NCBI GenBank assembly: GCA_965203055.1 | Contig: OZ241863.1 | Coordinates: forward strand, 1,856,001 to 1,920,000 | Source of the DNA: Spirochaetia bacterium | Lineage (GTDB): Bacteria > Spirochaetota > Spirochaetia > SZUA-6 > Bin103 | Reading direction: 5' to 3' | DNA length: 64,000 bases | Shown here: in pieces, positions 9,501 through 19,321 of the stretch | Position numbering within the stretch: the stretch's first letter is position 1 | Layout: each line of letters begins with the position of its first letter | Notes under the pieces: model-generated | What the model was told of the DNA's origin: nothing | The model's input: the letters and a program-made list of their open reading frames with translations, nothing else | Databases searched by the model: none | Program-made: the position numbers and the translations under genes

Positions 9501-10880
9501 ACGGGTGTCGCCGGAGTTTATACTCCGGCCTTCGTTGAGCGCGTTCGATGGCGCGCGCTGTCTCGCCTTCCTTCACCCAGGTGTCGCCGGAGTTTATACT
9601 CCGGCCTTCGTTGAGCGTTCGAGCAGCACAACACCTGGCTGAAGTACACCGGCGTGTCGCCGGAGTTTATACTCCGGCCTTCGTTGAGCGCGTCTTCTGC
9701 GTGGTGCGGGCAACCTGGAACTGGTCGGTGTCGCCGGAGTTTATACTCCGGCCTTCGTTGAGCGTGGGAGAGGGTGGGGAGACGTTCAACCCCACCACCA
9801 TGTGTCGCCGGAGTTTATACTCCGGCCTTCGTTGAGCGTGGTGGACGTTCACCGCCAACAACGCCCGCGGCGACCAGTGTCGCCGGAGTTTATACTCCGG
9901 CCTTCGTTGAGCGGGCGCGTCGCAGAAGGCACTACGAGCCTTGAGGGCGTGTCGCCGGAGTTTATACTCCGGCCTTCGTTGAGCGGGGTGGCGGGTACCC
10001 AAGTATCCCTCAAGCAAGCCGAAGTGTCGCCGGAGTTTATACTCCGGCCTTCGTTGAGCGTTCCTGCACCAGGCCACGGGAAATGTGCACGTCCCAGGTG
10101 TCGCCGGAGTTTATACTCCGGCCTTCGTTGAGCGCTGGGCTTCTACGGTCATCATGCGGAAACTTCCTCATCGTGTCGCCGGAGTTTATACTCCGGCCTT
10201 CGTTGAGCGAAGGGCGGGTACTACCTGGTCACCGCAGCAACCTCTGGTGTCGCCGGAGTTTATACTCCGGCCTTCGTTGAGCGAAGGGCGGGTACTACCT
10301 GGTCACCGCAGCAACCTCTGGTGTCGCCGGAGTTTATACTCCGGCCTTCGTTGAGCGCCAAATGATCGGCAGGGTGATGCGTCCCGCCCAAGGAAGTGTC
10401 GCCGGAGTTTATACTCCGGCCTTCGTTGAGCGCGCTACTATTCGCCCACCTTTTCGATACGCGCGACTGCGTGTCGCCGGAGTTTATACTCCGGCCTTCG
10501 TTGAGCGATCAATCTGATCCATTCCGGCCCGCTCGCGGGCTGCCCGTGTCGCCGGAGTTTATACTCCGGCCTTCGTTGAGCGTGGCGCACTACCGGGCGG
10601 CTCGATGCGCTGGCAGCGTGTGTCGCCGGAGTTTATACTCCGGCCTTCGTTGAGCGCGGTGACGTGTGGGATGACATTCCCGGAATCCGCGGCAGTGTCG
10701 CCGGAGTTTATACTCCGGCCTTCGTTGAGCGGATGTAGACCGCCGGGGGCGCCGGTGTGTGACCGCGCGTGTCGCCGGAGTTTATACTCCGGCCTTCGTT
10801 GAGCGCGCTCCCTGCTGGCGACGCGCAAATTGGCGGTGCAGGCGTGTCGCCGGAGTTTATACTCCGGCCTTCGTTGAGCG
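6519..10880 (+). CRISPR. CRISPR array, leader-proximal part: 59 repeats GTGTCGCCGGAGTTTATACTCCGGCCTTCGTTGAGCG (37 bp), spacers about 35-40 bp
   Basis: Exact repeats with a period of about 74.6 bp and internal hairpin GCCGGAGT-TTAT-ACTCCGGC. One further spacer (10881-10918) precedes the IS. Confidence 0.98.
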
Positions 10881-11414
10881 TCCAGGTAGTCGGCAACGTC
10901 CGCCGGCCCGGACGGGAGGTGTTGCTGACGCCGCTCGGAAAGTGAGCCGTTTGCCGGTCGGTTTTTGACCCACCCCGGCAGTACGGAAGGAATGTAGCAG
11001 AGCCGGCGGAGAATGGGGAGGGGGTCTGGGGGAGGGATGGATTTGCTTGTGGATAAGTGGATAACCCGCATTCGATCTGAGGCAGGGATGCGGGACCTGG
11101 ACGCTGGTTGGCTGCGGTCGCCGGCCATGCTGCGGTCAGGAGCCGGAGTCTGGGCGGACCGGGCGGCTCACCGCTTGGAAATTGACCCACCGGGAGTGCG
11201 GGGCAAGCACCACCGACGCCGCCTGCGCACCGTTACGTAACGGCGCCGTGGTCCAACCGCTGGCCGGGCGACTCTTGGCGGCGGTGGCGTAGCAGGCTGA
11301 GGCCGGGCGCTCGTATGCTTTCAGGAGCTGGAGTCCGGACCGTACCGCCGCTTGGAAATTGACCCACCCCGGAAGCGGGCAACACAACCCCGGCGGGTTG
11401 GCGGCAACGGCGCG

Positions 11415-11702
11415 TCAGTCGCGCCCATACCCTCGCGGCGGTTCGACACTCGCCAGTTCGTCGAGGTCAAGTTCGCAGATCGCCTCCAGCTTCTGGGCGA
11501 GCGCGGACTCCTGGAATGCGTCGGGCAGGTTGTCGAGCCACGCTTGATACTCCTCCTGGAGGTCGAGCAGGGCGCGCACCGCAGCCCGCCAGCGTTGCGG
11601 GCGCGAGCGCCGGTCAGGCGCCTTGCGGTACTGCGCCTGCGATGGCTGAGTCTTGCGCCGCGCTCGATAGCGGCGTTGTCGTTCCGCATTCGTCAACGCC
11701 AT
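11415..11702 (-). CDS. Small hypothetical IS21 cargo protein (95 aa), basic N-terminus, possibly DNA-binding
   Basis: ATG-started ORF MALTNAERQRRYRARRK...PPRGYGRD, co-oriented downstream of istB, protein-like composition. Confidence 0.7.
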   Translation of the reverse strand: MALTNAERQRRYRARRKTQPSQAQYRKAPDRRSRPQRWRAAVRALLDLQEEYQAWLDNLPDAFQESALAQKLEAICELDLDELASVEPPRGYGRD

Positions 11703-11823
11703 GGCGCCGCCTGCGCAACGTTACGTAACGGCGTCGGGCGGCCAGCCGTAGGCCGGGCGGTCGGCAACGGGAAGCGGCGCAACCGTGCCTGCGGCTCCTG
11801 GCCGGCCGTGACCGAACACCGGG

Positions 11824-12591
11824 TCATGGCTGCGTCCCGCCGCCGGCGTTGCGGCGGCGCGCTGCGGTGCGATAGGAGTCGCCCTTGGTGGTGATGATGT
11901 GCGAGTGGTGGCTGAGCCGGTCCAGGAGTGCCGTGGTCAACTTCTCGTCAGCGAACACGCTGACCCATTCGCCGAACGCCAGATTGGTGGTGACGAGCGT
12001 GGCGCGGCGCTCATAGCGATCAGCGATCAGGTTGAACAACAACTCGCCGCCGGCGCGGTCGAACGGAACAAAGCCCAGTTCGTCGATGATCAACAGTCTC
12101 ACCCGCCGCAGCCGCATCTGCAGCCGGCCCAGTTCGCGGTCATCGCGCGCCTCCAGGAGCTGGCGGACCAGATCGGCAGCTTTGACGAACAGCACGCGGA
12201 AGCCCCGCTTGGCGGCTTCGATGCCCAGCGCGATGGCCAGATGCGTCTTGCCGGTGCCGATCGGCCCGGCGATCACCACGTCTTCAGGTCGGGCGACGAA
12301 CTGACAGGTCGCCAGTTCGATGATCTGCTGCTTGGAGACCCCCGCCAGCGCCTCCCAGTCGATCTGTCCCAGGGTCTTCAGGTCGGGGAAGCGCGCTTCG
12401 CGCAGCCGCCGCGCGGTGGCGCTGGCGTCGCGGGCGCGGACCTCGCGGTCGAGCAGTTCCCGCAGATAGTCGGCGTAGCTCCAGGAGTCGGCCGCCGCTT
12501 GCCGCGCCAAGTGCTGGTATTCGCGCCGCATGCCCGGCAGCTTCAGCGTCTTCAGGTGCTGCTCGATCAGCGTGTCGGTCAGCTCGCTCAT
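11824..12591 (-). CDS. istB: IS21 helper ATPase IstB
   Basis: Walker A 'GPIGTGKTH', Walker B 'LLIIDELG', 'TTNL', 'ALLDRL'. Confidence 0.95.
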   Translation of the reverse strand: MSELTDTLIEQHLKTLKLPGMRREYQHLARQAAADSWSYADYLRELLDREVRARDASATARRLREARFPDLKTLGQIDWEALAGVSKQQIIELATCQFVARPEDVVIAGPIGTGKTHLAIALGIEAAKRGFRVLFVKAADLVRQLLEARDDRELGRLQMRLRRVRLLIIDELGFVPFDRAGGELLFNLIADRYERRATLVTTNLAFGEWVSVFADEKLTTALLDRLSHHSHIITTKGDSYRTAARRRNAGGGTQP

Positions 12592-14054
12592 CAGTCGCTG
12601 CTCAGCAGGAGCGCGTCATACGCCGCCGCAGGGGTCGACTCCACATGGTAGTGCGCCAGTGCCGCCGGTACCGCTACCCGCGCCGCAGGCATGCGCTCCG
12701 CAGACTGCGGCGCCGGCGGCGCCGCAAGCGCTTCGCTGAGCGTGTCGGCCACCAGTTGCTCGCCATGCTCGACGATGGCGCCGACCAGCTTGGCCACCAC
12801 CCGGGCTGCCTCCAGCTCCCCGTAGCGGGTACTCAGCAGCCGCCACAACTGCTCATAGGGCGCCCCCAGCTCAGCCATCAACTCGGGCGCTACCTGGCGC
12901 ACTGCCTGCGGCTTCTTCGCCAACTCATCGAGATAGTGCTGGTACTTCACCGTCCGACTCCCGCGCGGCTGCTTGACCACCGTGATCTGCTCCTCGCGCC
13001 ACTCCAGCACGATGTCCGCCACCCCCACGTAGGCGGTCGCCTGGCTGCTGCTCCAGTGACTGGGCACCGAGTACTGCGCGCCGTCCACCCGCACCAGCGC
13101 TTGCCGATTCACCGCCACCGGCACAACCTGCCGCGCCTCGTAGCTCCGCTCCGGCAGCGGCCGCAACTGCGCCCGCTCCTCGGCGAAGCGCTGCGCCACC
13201 GTGCGCCCCTGCTGGTCGGCGCGGGTAGCGCTCGCCGCATCCAGGTCCTGCACCAGCCGCCCAGCGATCGCCGCCAACGACTGGCCCCCCGGAATCGGCG
13301 TCAGGTGCTGCAGGCGTACGTTCTTGCCGCGCGCCTCCACCCCGCCCTTGTCGTGCCCCTCTCCCGGCCGCGCGAAGCACGGCTCCATCAAGTAATGCGT
13401 GCACAGCGCCAGAAACCGCGCGCTCAGTTCCCGTTCGAGCCCCAGCCGCCGTTTCACCGCCGCCTTCAGGTTGTCGTAGATGCACCGCCGCACCACCCCG
13501 CCGAAATGCTCGAAGGCGCGCACGTGCCCGTCCAGAAAGGCGACTTGGTTGCAGCGTTCGTACAGCCACGCATAGTCCCGCCCCGAATACATCAGGTGCA
13601 GCACGAACAGCCACGCCGGCTGCCGCTCCCCGGCCACCTCCACCGTCACCTCGAAGAAGTCCACCTGCGCCGCGTCGCCAGCGCGCCACACCAGCGGCAC
13701 GTACACCTCCTGCCGCGCCCGCCGCTGCTCCGCCAGGTAGGCGCGCACCGTCGTGCTGCCCACCTGGTAGCCTTCCCGCCGCAACTGCTCGTGCACCAGC
13801 GTCCCGGTGATGCGTTGCTTGCGCGTCGTCTGCGGCCTCCACTCCTGCAGCAACTCGTCGATCCGTCCCCGCACCGCAGCCAGCACCGGCTGCTGCCGCA
13901 GGCCGGCCTCCCGCCGTTGCGGCTCGTCGTCGTCGGCCACGTACTTGCGCACCGTGTTCCGGCTTACCCCCAGATCACGGGCGATCTGTCGGATCGACAG
14001 ACCTTCGTGGTGCCACTTGTGTCTGATAACGTAGGCACGATCCATCCCCAGCAT
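12591..14054 (-). CDS. istA: IS21 transposase IstA
   Basis: N-terminal HTH '[19 protein letters not shown]', 'AQVDF', 'YDNLK', 'DKGGVE' (DDE), 'YSVP'. Confidence 0.95.
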   Translation of the reverse strand: MLGMDRAYVIRHKWHHEGLSIRQIARDLGVSRNTVRKYVADDDEPQRREAGLRQQPVLAAVRGRIDELLQEWRPQTTRKQRITGTLVHEQLRREGYQVGSTTVRAYLAEQRRARQEVYVPLVWRAGDAAQVDFFEVTVEVAGERQPAWLFVLHLMYSGRDYAWLYERCNQVAFLDGHVRAFEHFGGVVRRCIYDNLKAAVKRRLGLERELSARFLALCTHYLMEPCFARPGEGHDKGGVEARGKNVRLQHLTPIPGGQSLAAIAGRLVQDLDAASATRADQQGRTVAQRFAEERAQLRPLPERSYEARQVVPVAVNRQALVRVDGAQYSVPSHWSSSQATAYVGVADIVLEWREEQITVVKQPRGSRTVKYQHYLDELAKKPQAVRQVAPELMAELGAPYEQLWRLLSTRYGELEAARVVAKLVGAIVEHGEQLVADTLSEALAAPPAPQSAERMPAARVAVPAALAHYHVESTPAAAYDALLLSSD

Positions 14055-14173
14055 CCTTCTCTCCGGTCAGTTTGTTGTGTTGGCAACGCCAAACTTACCA
14101 ACCGGAGGCTGACTGCCGGGGGTGGGTCAATTTCTAACCGGCAAATGGCTCACTTTCCGACCGGCGCGCGCAG

Positions 14174-15782
14174 GTGTCGCCGGAGTTTATACTCCGGCCT
14201 TCGTTGAGCGGGTACGCAAATGCAATTCCCAGGGCTTGGCGACCGGCGGGTGTCGCCGGAGTTTATACTCCGGCCTTCGTTGAGCGACATCGGCCCCGCG
14301 GCCCGCAAGTGTTCAAGGGAGGGGTGTCGCCGGAGTTTATACTCCGGCCTTCGTTGAGCGCATCCGACTCGCCACCTGCGGGACCTTTTCCAGCCGTGTC
14401 GCCGGAGTTTATACTCCGGCCTTCGTTGAGCGCTGTACGAACCTACCAACCGCGGCTACCGATATGGAGGTGTCGCCGGAGTTTATACTCCGGCCTTCGT
14501 TGAGCGGATGTGCGCCGGGCCGCGCCTCAGTAGCTCAATCGGAAGTGTCGCCGGAGTTTATACTCCGGCCTTCGTTGAGCGCCAGACACGGCCAGGCGCG
14601 CCGCGGCGCAACCACGGGGGTGTCGCCGGAGTTTATACTCCGGCCTTCGTTGAGCGAGCGGGCGGTTCGCGTTCGGGAAGCGCGGCACCGACAGCGTGTC
14701 GCCGGAGTTTATACTCCGGCCTTCGTTGAGCGACGTCGATCCCGCCGCTGCGCGCCGCCGACAGCACGTGTGTCGCCGGAGTTTATACTCCGGCCTTCGT
14801 TGAGCGATGGTGACCGGAAGGATGCGCCAGGTATCCTGCCAGTGTCGCCGGAGTTTATACTCCGGCCTTCGTTGAGCGACCTGGACGTGGGGAGCGCCGG
14901 CGTCGCCGCGCTGCGGGTGTCGCCGGAGTTTATACTCCGGCCTTCGTTGAGCGATGAGCCGCAAATCTGCGGATTCGCTATACCCAACCGTGTCGCCGGA
15001 GTTTATACTCCGGCCTTCGTTGAGCGAGGTCGAACAAACAGTAGGCCGCCAGCATGATCCGGTGTGGTGTCGCCGGAGTTTATACTCCGGCCTTCGTTGA
15101 GCGATGAGCCGCAAATCTGCGGATTCGCTATACCCAACCGTGTCGCCGGAGTTTATACTCCGGCCTTCGTTGAGCGAGGTCGAACAAACAGTAGGCCGCC
15201 AGCATGATCCGGTGTGGTGTCGCCGGAGTTTATACTCCGGCCTTCGTTGAGCGAGAAGTGAGCCGGCGCTTCTTCTTCTTCTCGTCGCGTGTCGCCGGAG
15301 TTTATACTCCGGCCTTCGTTGAGCGGGGCCGCGGCGAGTTTACCCCGGACGACGACCCGCCCGAGTGTCGCCGGAGTTTATACTCCGGCCTTCGTTGAGC
15401 GGATGCCTGGCCGATCACCCAGGCGGCGCCGCCGGCGCCGGTGTCGCCGGAGTTTATGCTCCGGCCTTCGTTGAGCGACCGAGGAGATCAACCGGTTTGT
15501 CGAGGCCGGGGTCCCGTGTCGCCGGGGTTTATACTCCGGCCTTGGTTGAGCAGCCCGCCTGCGAGACGCCCGGCCGTCCGACCCGGAGCCGTGTCGCCGG
15601 AGTTTATGCTCCGGCCTTCGTTGAGCAGAGAAACTTGACCAGTTGATCCGGCAGCGGCCCGACGGTGTCGCCGGAGTTTATACTCCGGCCTTCGTTGAGC
15701 GTTCACGCGGAACACCATCTACGAGGATGAACGGGTCGAGTGTCGCCGGAGTCTATGTCTATACTCCGGCCTTCGTTGAGCG
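14174..15782 (+). CRISPR. CRISPR array, distal part: 22 repeats, degenerate copies at 15441, 15516, 15591 and 15740 (43 bp, GTCTAT duplicated)
   Basis: Same repeat resumes immediately after the IS right end. Confidence 0.97.
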
Positions 15783-18263
15783 GTCGCTTAACTTAACTGG
15801 GCGTCCCCACGACGTTCGGCGGGCGGAGACCAGGGCGGCGATGGCGTAGCTGGCGGCGGCTATCAGACCCAGGGCGGTGATGCCCTGGGCGACGGCCAGC
15901 AGGGTGCTGGCGACGGCGCCTACTACCGACGCGCAGCCGTTGGCGGCCCAGGCCAGGGCGCGGGCGGCGGGGGCCGGGGCCAGCAGGCGCAGGCCGAGCG
16001 GGAACGCCATGCCGAGGGCCGCTCCGAGCGGGGCCAGCGCCGCGACGATGGCCGCCACGCGCGCCACTCGCGGCAGCCCGAGCAACGCCGGCAGGAGCGC
16101 TGCGCCGGCGACTGCGTAGGCCAGGACCACGCCGGCGGCGACAGCCGTCGCCAACCAGGCGCGGGGCGGCGCTACCCGCTCCGACAGCAGGCCGCCGGCC
16201 GCGGACCATACCAGCAGCGCTCCGAGCACCACCTTGAAGCTGACCACCGGGTCGCCCAGCGCTACGGTGAGGCGCTGGATCAGCATCAGTTCCAGCAGGA
16301 TGAAGCCCAGCCCCACCGCCAGGTTGTAGGCCACCACGGCCCCGGTCGAACTCGCGGCCGCGGCGGGGCGGCGGGCTGCGGCACCCGCGCGGCGCATCCG
16401 GCCGGCGCGCAGCCACGGGACGGCGAGCAGGACCAGGGCCAACAGCAGCGCCTCGGCGAGCACCGCCAGGGCTACCACGTCGCCGGACAGCAGCAGCCCG
16501 TACAGCCGGCCGCCGGTGGCGCGCTGGTAGTCGGCCAAGTGCGCCCAGCGCACGAAGCGGTTGAAGAACGGGCGGTCGTCGGTCGGCGGCCGCAGGTCTA
16601 CCAGCCCGTCCGCGGGCCGGCCGCCGCTCGCGCCGGCGTTTGTCGGCCTCGCCGCCGCGCGCGCACGGTCCAGCACCGCGGCCACCGCCTGGGCGTGGAA
16701 CGGTTCGGCCAGCCGGTTGAAGCGGTTGGTCTCCGCCGCGCGCAGCCCCGGCAGAGCGACCAGATCGAAGCCGCGGCCCGCCGCGAAGGCGCGGATCGCC
16801 GCGATCCGCGGCGCCGGCAGTGGTTGCGGAGTGACCAGCAGGGTGAAGGAATCCCAGTTGCGGACCATCGCGACGTGCGCCGCGGGCGCTTGTTGCGCGG
16901 CGGCCGGCAGCGCCCGCACCGCCAGCGCCGCCAGGCGCGGGGCATTGGCCGGCGGCAGCAGCAGGCGGCGTGAGATCGACAGCACGCCGTCCGGTTCCAG
17001 CAGCGCCAGATAGTCGCGGAACGCCTCTACCGTCAACAACGGCTCCTGGGCGTGGCTCTCGGTGCCCGCCAGCGAGGCGCCCCAGTCCTCGATCAGGACG
17101 GCGTCGAAACGCGCGCCGGCGCGCGCCAGCCGCCGGGCCAGGGCGCGCGGCTCATCCTCCACCACCTGCAGACCGGCGCCCTCGGCCACCGGCAACGCGC
17201 GCAGGCGCCGGGCCACCTCCGCGCTCGGCTCGGCCACCTGCACCTCGCCGCCGGCGCGCAAGGCCGCCGCCAGCAGTACGCCGCCGCCCTCCTGCAGCAC
17301 CAGCGCCGAACGCGGCGCCCTGCCGAGCTGCAGGGCGAGCGCCGGGTGCAGCGCATCCAGCCACTCCCCGGCGGCTCCGGCGCCCCCACCGCCCTCCACC
17401 AGGAACAGGGCCGCGTCGCCGTCGCGCACCAGCGCTCGCTGCGGCGGCACCGGCACGCCCGCGCCGAGGCTCAGGCCCGGCGCAAACCGGATCGTCGGCC
17501 CCGTCACTTCGTCGATGCGCCCGCGCACGGTGTCGCGGCGCGCGGCCAGCTTGGTATCGGGGAACCGCAGCAGGTGGGAGAGATACTTGTAGGGACCGGG
17601 GCGCGGCTCCAGCGCCGGCAGCCCCAGTACCACGCCGCCCCCCAACCCCACCGCCACCAGCGCGGCGGCGGGAGCCAGCCACGGCCGCGCCGGCCGGCCA
17701 AGCGATGCCAACAGCGGGACCAGCACCAGCGCCGCCGGCACCAGCAGGGCCGCGCGCAGGCCGGCCGCCGGCAGCAGCAAGACCGGCAGCAGCACGCCCG
17801 CCGCGGAACCCGACATGGCCGCGGCGTGCACCGCCCCCGGCCGCGCCGCGCCGGCAAAGGCGACCGCGGTGACCAGGCCGGCGAAGAAGAACGGCACCGC
17901 GCAGGCCAGGAAGCTGGCCGCCAGATACAGCAGTTGCAGCGGTTCGCTCGGGATTCTGAAGAAGTCCAGCGGCAGCAGGCGCAACACCAGGAACATGGCC
18001 ACCGAGCTCACCGCCATGCCGCCCGCGGCGCCCCGCATACGCCGTTCCGCGGCGCCCGCCGGCGGCGCCGTTCCCGCCCCGCCCCACCCCGGCCGGGTCG
18101 CGGCCAGGTTGAGCCACGTGCCGCTGGCCGAGAAGCCGAGCAGCGCGACGCTGATCACCATGAACGACAGATGGTGCCACTGGGTCAGCGCGAAGTAGCG
18201 CGCCAGCAGCGCCTCCAGCGCCAGCGCCGCCGCCGACGCGGTGAAGACCAGCAGGAGGGCCAT
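15759..18263 (-). CDS. Multi-pass membrane protein with spermidine-synthase-like SAM-binding domain
   Basis: N- and C-terminal TM bundles ('FMVISVALLGFSASG', 'VPFFFAG', 'LGMAFPLGL', 'WAANGCASV'); central 'LLTVEAFRDYLALLEPDGVL' and 'PTDDRPFF'. Confidence 0.8.
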   Translation of the reverse strand: MALLLVFTASAAALALEALLARYFALTQWHHLSFMVISVALLGFSASGTWLNLAATRPGWGGAGTAPPAGAAERRMRGAAGGMAVSSVAMFLVLRLLPLDFFRIPSEPLQLLYLAASFLACAVPFFFAGLVTAVAFAGAARPGAVHAAAMSGSAAGVLLPVLLLPAAGLRAALLVPAALVLVPLLASLGRPARPWLAPAAALVAVGLGGGVVLGLPALEPRPGPYKYLSHLLRFPDTKLAARRDTVRGRIDEVTGPTIRFAPGLSLGAGVPVPPQRALVRDGDAALFLVEGGGGAGAAGEWLDALHPALALQLGRAPRSALVLQEGGGVLLAAALRAGGEVQVAEPSAEVARRLRALPVAEGAGLQVVEDEPRALARRLARAGARFDAVLIEDWGASLAGTESHAQEPLLTVEAFRDYLALLEPDGVLSISRRLLLPPANAPRLAALAVRALPAAAQQAPAAHVAMVRNWDSFTLLVTPQPLPAPRIAAIRAFAAGRGFDLVALPGLRAAETNRFNRLAEPFHAQAVAAVLDRARAAARPTNAGASGGRPADGLVDLRPPTDDRPFFNRFVRWAHLADYQRATGGRLYGLLLSGDVVALAVLAEALLLALVLLAVPWLRAGRMRRAGAAARRPAAAASSTGAVVAYNLAVGLGFILLELMLIQRLTVALGDPVVSFKVVLGALLVWSAAGGLLSERVAPPRAWLATAVAAGVVLAYAVAGAALLPALLGLPRVARVAAIVAALAPLGAALGMAFPLGLRLLAPAPAARALAWAANGCASVVGAVASTLLAVAQGITALGLIAAASYAIAALVSARRTSWGRPVKLSDRSTKAGV

Positions 18264-18273
18264 CCGGCCTCCC

Positions 18274-19074
18274 TCAGCCGTCCAGCGCCTGACCCGTCAT
18301 CGGCACGAACAGCACGCCCAGGATGAAGTCCACCGTGTAGTCGGACCCGCGGCTGCCGCTGCCGGTCTTGGTGACCAGCACCAGGTTCTGGTAGCTGAAC
18401 GGGTTGCCCAGCGGCAGGATCATCGTGCCGCCGGGCGCGAGCTGCTCCAGCAGCGGCGCCGGAACGTGATCCACCGCCGCGGTGATCATGACGTGATCGA
18501 ACGGCGCGTGTTGTTCCAGACCGAAGTAGCCGTCGCCGGCGAACGCGCGCACGTTGGCGTATCCCAACGCCTGCAGCCGTTCCTTCGACTGGGCGTGCAG
18601 CAGCGGGCGGATCTCGATCGTGAACACCTCCCGCACCAGCTCCGCCAGGACCGCGGCCTGATAGCCCGAGCCGGTGCCCACCTCCAGCACCCGGTCGCCG
18701 GGCCGGAGCGCAAGCGCCTGGGTCATCAGCGCCACGATATAGGGCTGGGAGATGGTCTGGCCGTCGTCGATCGGCAGCGCCGAGTCGCGGTAGGCGCTGC
18801 CCCGGATGCGCTCGGGGACGAACCGATGGCGCGGCACCCGGCCCATCACCTCCAGCACGCGCGGGTCGTCGATGTCGCGGGCGCGGAGCTGGCGTTCCAC
18901 CATCGCCGCCCGCGCGCGTTGCGCGACGCGCTCCGCGCCGGCCGGCTCCGTCCGCTCCTGCCCGTGCAGCGCCGGCGGCCCGGCCAGCAGCACGGCGCCG
19001 GCCAGCGCCAGGGCCAGCCGCGCCGCGGCCCTCCGGCGCCCGCTACGGCTCTCCCCAGACGCGTTCAACAACAT
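18274..19074 (-). CDS. pcm: Protein-L-isoaspartate O-methyltransferase with N-terminal signal-like extension
   Basis: 'VPRHRFV', 'QTISQPYIVA', 'VLEVGTGSGYQAAVL', 'LLEQLAPGG', 'FVPMTG'. Start set at ATG 19074. Confidence 0.9.
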   Translation of the reverse strand: MLLNASGESRSGRRRAAARLALALAGAVLLAGPPALHGQERTEPAGAERVAQRARAAMVERQLRARDIDDPRVLEVMGRVPRHRFVPERIRGSAYRDSALPIDDGQTISQPYIVALMTQALALRPGDRVLEVGTGSGYQAAVLAELVREVFTIEIRPLLHAQSKERLQALGYANVRAFAGDGYFGLEQHAPFDHVMITAAVDHVPAPLLEQLAPGGTMILPLGNPFSYQNLVLVTKTGSGSRGSDYTVDFILGVLFVPMTGQALDG

Positions 19075-19321
19075 GACGCGGTCCACTATAGCCGCTCCCG
19101 CGGGCGCCCGCATCCGCCGCGCCGCCGCGGGCGCACCAGCATCGGGACAACCACGGGTGTCAGGAATCGCGCGCTGCCAGTCAGTTCTGCCGCAGCCGGA
19201 ACAGCGCATAGACGGCAAAGGCTTGAAGGTCGCCGTCAGGCGCATCGTTGAATCGCCGGATGATTCGCTCCGTTTCGTCAATGTACTGACCCAGAATAAG
19301 CGACTCGGTAGGGATCGGCCA

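Larger units (their letters stand above)
10923..14172 (-). mobile_element. IS21-family insertion sequence (3250 bp) with cargo, inserted in the CRISPR array
   Basis: About 50-bp imperfect terminal IRs (TGCTGACGCCGCTCGGAAAGTGAGCCGTTTGCCGG vs rc TGCGCGCGCCGGTCGGAAAGTGAGCCATTTGCCGG), TG...CA ends, 5-bp TSD GGTGT (10918-10922 / 14173-14177), istA and istB present. Confidence 0.95.

Noticed and set aside
9765..9801. Hairpin spacer with GTTCAA/GTTCGA loop resembling a tRNA T-arm
   Set aside because: Stem/loop geometry does not fit a T-arm; no tRNA or rRNA gene was recognised anywhere in the window.
1..14172. CRISPR-associated transposon (Cascade plus IstAB)
   Set aside because: Cas3 nuclease is intact, there is no TniQ/TnsABC, and the IS has its own IRs and TSD inside the array, so it is a secondary insertion.
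14879..14916. Spacer loosely similar to 26926-26955 (possible self-targeting)
   Set aside because: Too many mismatches; expected by chance in GC-rich coding DNA. No convincing self-match found by eye, but a computational scan was not possible.
15254..15288. Spacer sharing AAGTGAGCCG with the IS21 end
   Set aside because: Only a 10-bp match; insufficient for targeting.
6456..15849. Many ORFs with repeated 'SPEFILRPSLS', 'AQRRPEYKLRRH' or 'LNEGRSINSGDT' peptides
   Set aside because: They are translations of the CRISPR repeat, not proteins.
19074..19281. Long N-terminal extension of Pcm in the ORF track (start 19281)
   Set aside because: Overlaps the HEPN pseudogene tail in another frame; ATG 19074 is more plausible.
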